From Podarcis melisellensis (Eukaryota): a stretch of DNA of 64,000 bases. The DNA lies in the NCBI GenBank assembly GCA_964234715.1, contig OZ174275.1. One strand, 5' to 3'. A program made the position numbers and the translations under genes. Shown here one piece after another: positions 62,762 through 64,000 of the stretch. Below the pieces are notes generated by a model. The model saw only the letters and a list, made by a program, of their open reading frames with translations. It did not search any database and was not told where the DNA came from. Position 1 is the stretch's first letter, and the number at the start of each line of letters is the position of its first letter.

Positions 62762-64000
62762 GATGAAATGATTAATTTTAAACCAAGTTAAATAAAATAC
62801 TTCAATGAAAGACTAGAGGTCATTTCCAACTGTTACTTCATAGTGTATTCTGGCAGAAAGCCAGTGAGGCAGAAGAGGAGAAACCCTGTAATGAAAAAGT
62901 TTTGAATAAAACATTAATTTTTTTCCCCTACAGCCCAGCATTTAGAAGGAGCCTAGTATTGCCTGACAATGCTGGAATCTTCTCAAGAGCAAAGCCCTAC
63001 TCCTTTTAGCAAGCAGGCAATGGAAAGCAACACCTTTTCACATCTGATTTGTTGGGAACAGATGGGCAAAACCTGGATGCTTGCAATAACTGAAAAGGAT
63101 TTTGGATCGCCCCTGCCCAATCACAGCCTTATTCATTCATGCTAGGACTTATGGGAATTGTAGTCCAACACATTCAGAGAGCACCGGATTGGCAAAGGCT
63201 GCCATTCACAGTCTATGAACATCGTGAGAGGCCGCTGGGCAGTCTTAACTACTGTGGAGACTTCTGTTTTTCTTCTGAAACACAATCCTTTATCATGTTT
63301 TAATTAATTACAAAAGTTAAAAATTAAATCTTTCTTCTGTCCTTCAGAATAATCCCCCAGATCAGTTTTTTTGTCCATATTAATGGAGAACACATTCCCA
63401 GTAAGATTTAATTTCAAACTTTCATAATTATGGTTAAAATTAAATATTACTGTGGGCTGTATTACACATTAGCAGGAATGAAAGCCAGCCTAGGAGGATT
63501 ATCAAACAGGACCCTAGTATGATTCCCCTTTTTTTTTCTTTTGTAATTAATTAAAATCTTGGGATAGCAATCTTGTTTGGGGGTGAAAGGGTCCTCATTA
63601 ACAAAAAGACCCCCAAAGTATTTTTTATTGTTTAAGAGGGCCTGCTGAGCTGCAAAGTATACTCTAGGAAACCCTTAAAATATATCACAAAGAAGGTATA
63701 GCTAGCTTTCAGCTTGTTCAGCTCTGGCAGGAAGAAGATAAAAATACTACAGGACAGGTGTGTTCCTTATATATGCATGTCATGGATTTATTGCATATCC
63801 CCAAAGGCAATTATCTCTCCCTTTAAATTAGAGTGGCCAGATGCAAATGTGGTCAGAGCTCTTACGCATTTAATAATTATGTCAAAGTAGAGATTTCAGC
63901 GGGTGCAGCCTGCATGGTTTGGGCATCCATCTGCCTGGGGTGACAATGAAGGAGTGCACCTTTGGGGTGAAGTCAAACTATTGGAAGGTTGCAGTACCTG

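Noticed and set aside
1-64000. CRISPR arrays, operons, prokaryotic defence systems, rRNA genes
   Set aside because: The sequence is vertebrate genomic DNA; no repeat-spacer array, gene-dense region or rRNA similarity was seen

Overview
This is non-coding eukaryotic DNA from a squamate reptile. The mix of Sauria SINEs, Bov-B/RTE LINEs, a Squam3-like SINE, and L2, CR1 and Penelope fragments suggests a lacertid-type lizard (inference). No host protein-coding gene is recognisable. The only real protein-coding remnants belong to transposons: three Bov-B RT 3' fragments, an L1-type ORF2 C-terminus, a Penelope GIY-YIG C-terminus and a CR1 C-terminus. Many insertions can be bounded to the base by target-site duplications (TSDs): two solo LTRs (5-bp TSDs), two hAT MITEs (8-bp), an L1 fragment (18-bp), a Bov-B (13-bp) and a rearranged Penelope element (14-bp). 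The Penelope element carries an apparently intact minimal hammerhead ribozyme. The least explained signal is a pair of ORF-less ~0.5-0.7 kb elements (2878-3614 and ~41370-41840). Their sequences differ, but both have nested inverted repeats predicting a long rod-like or branched fold, a TATA-like motif, an AATAAAG..TGGCC motif and a GGTCAC end. Repeat-poor stretches look like conserved non-coding or intronic DNA and include one well-formed candidate 38-nt exon. Five short N gaps limit what can be seen. All family names come from recognition by eye, not database searches.
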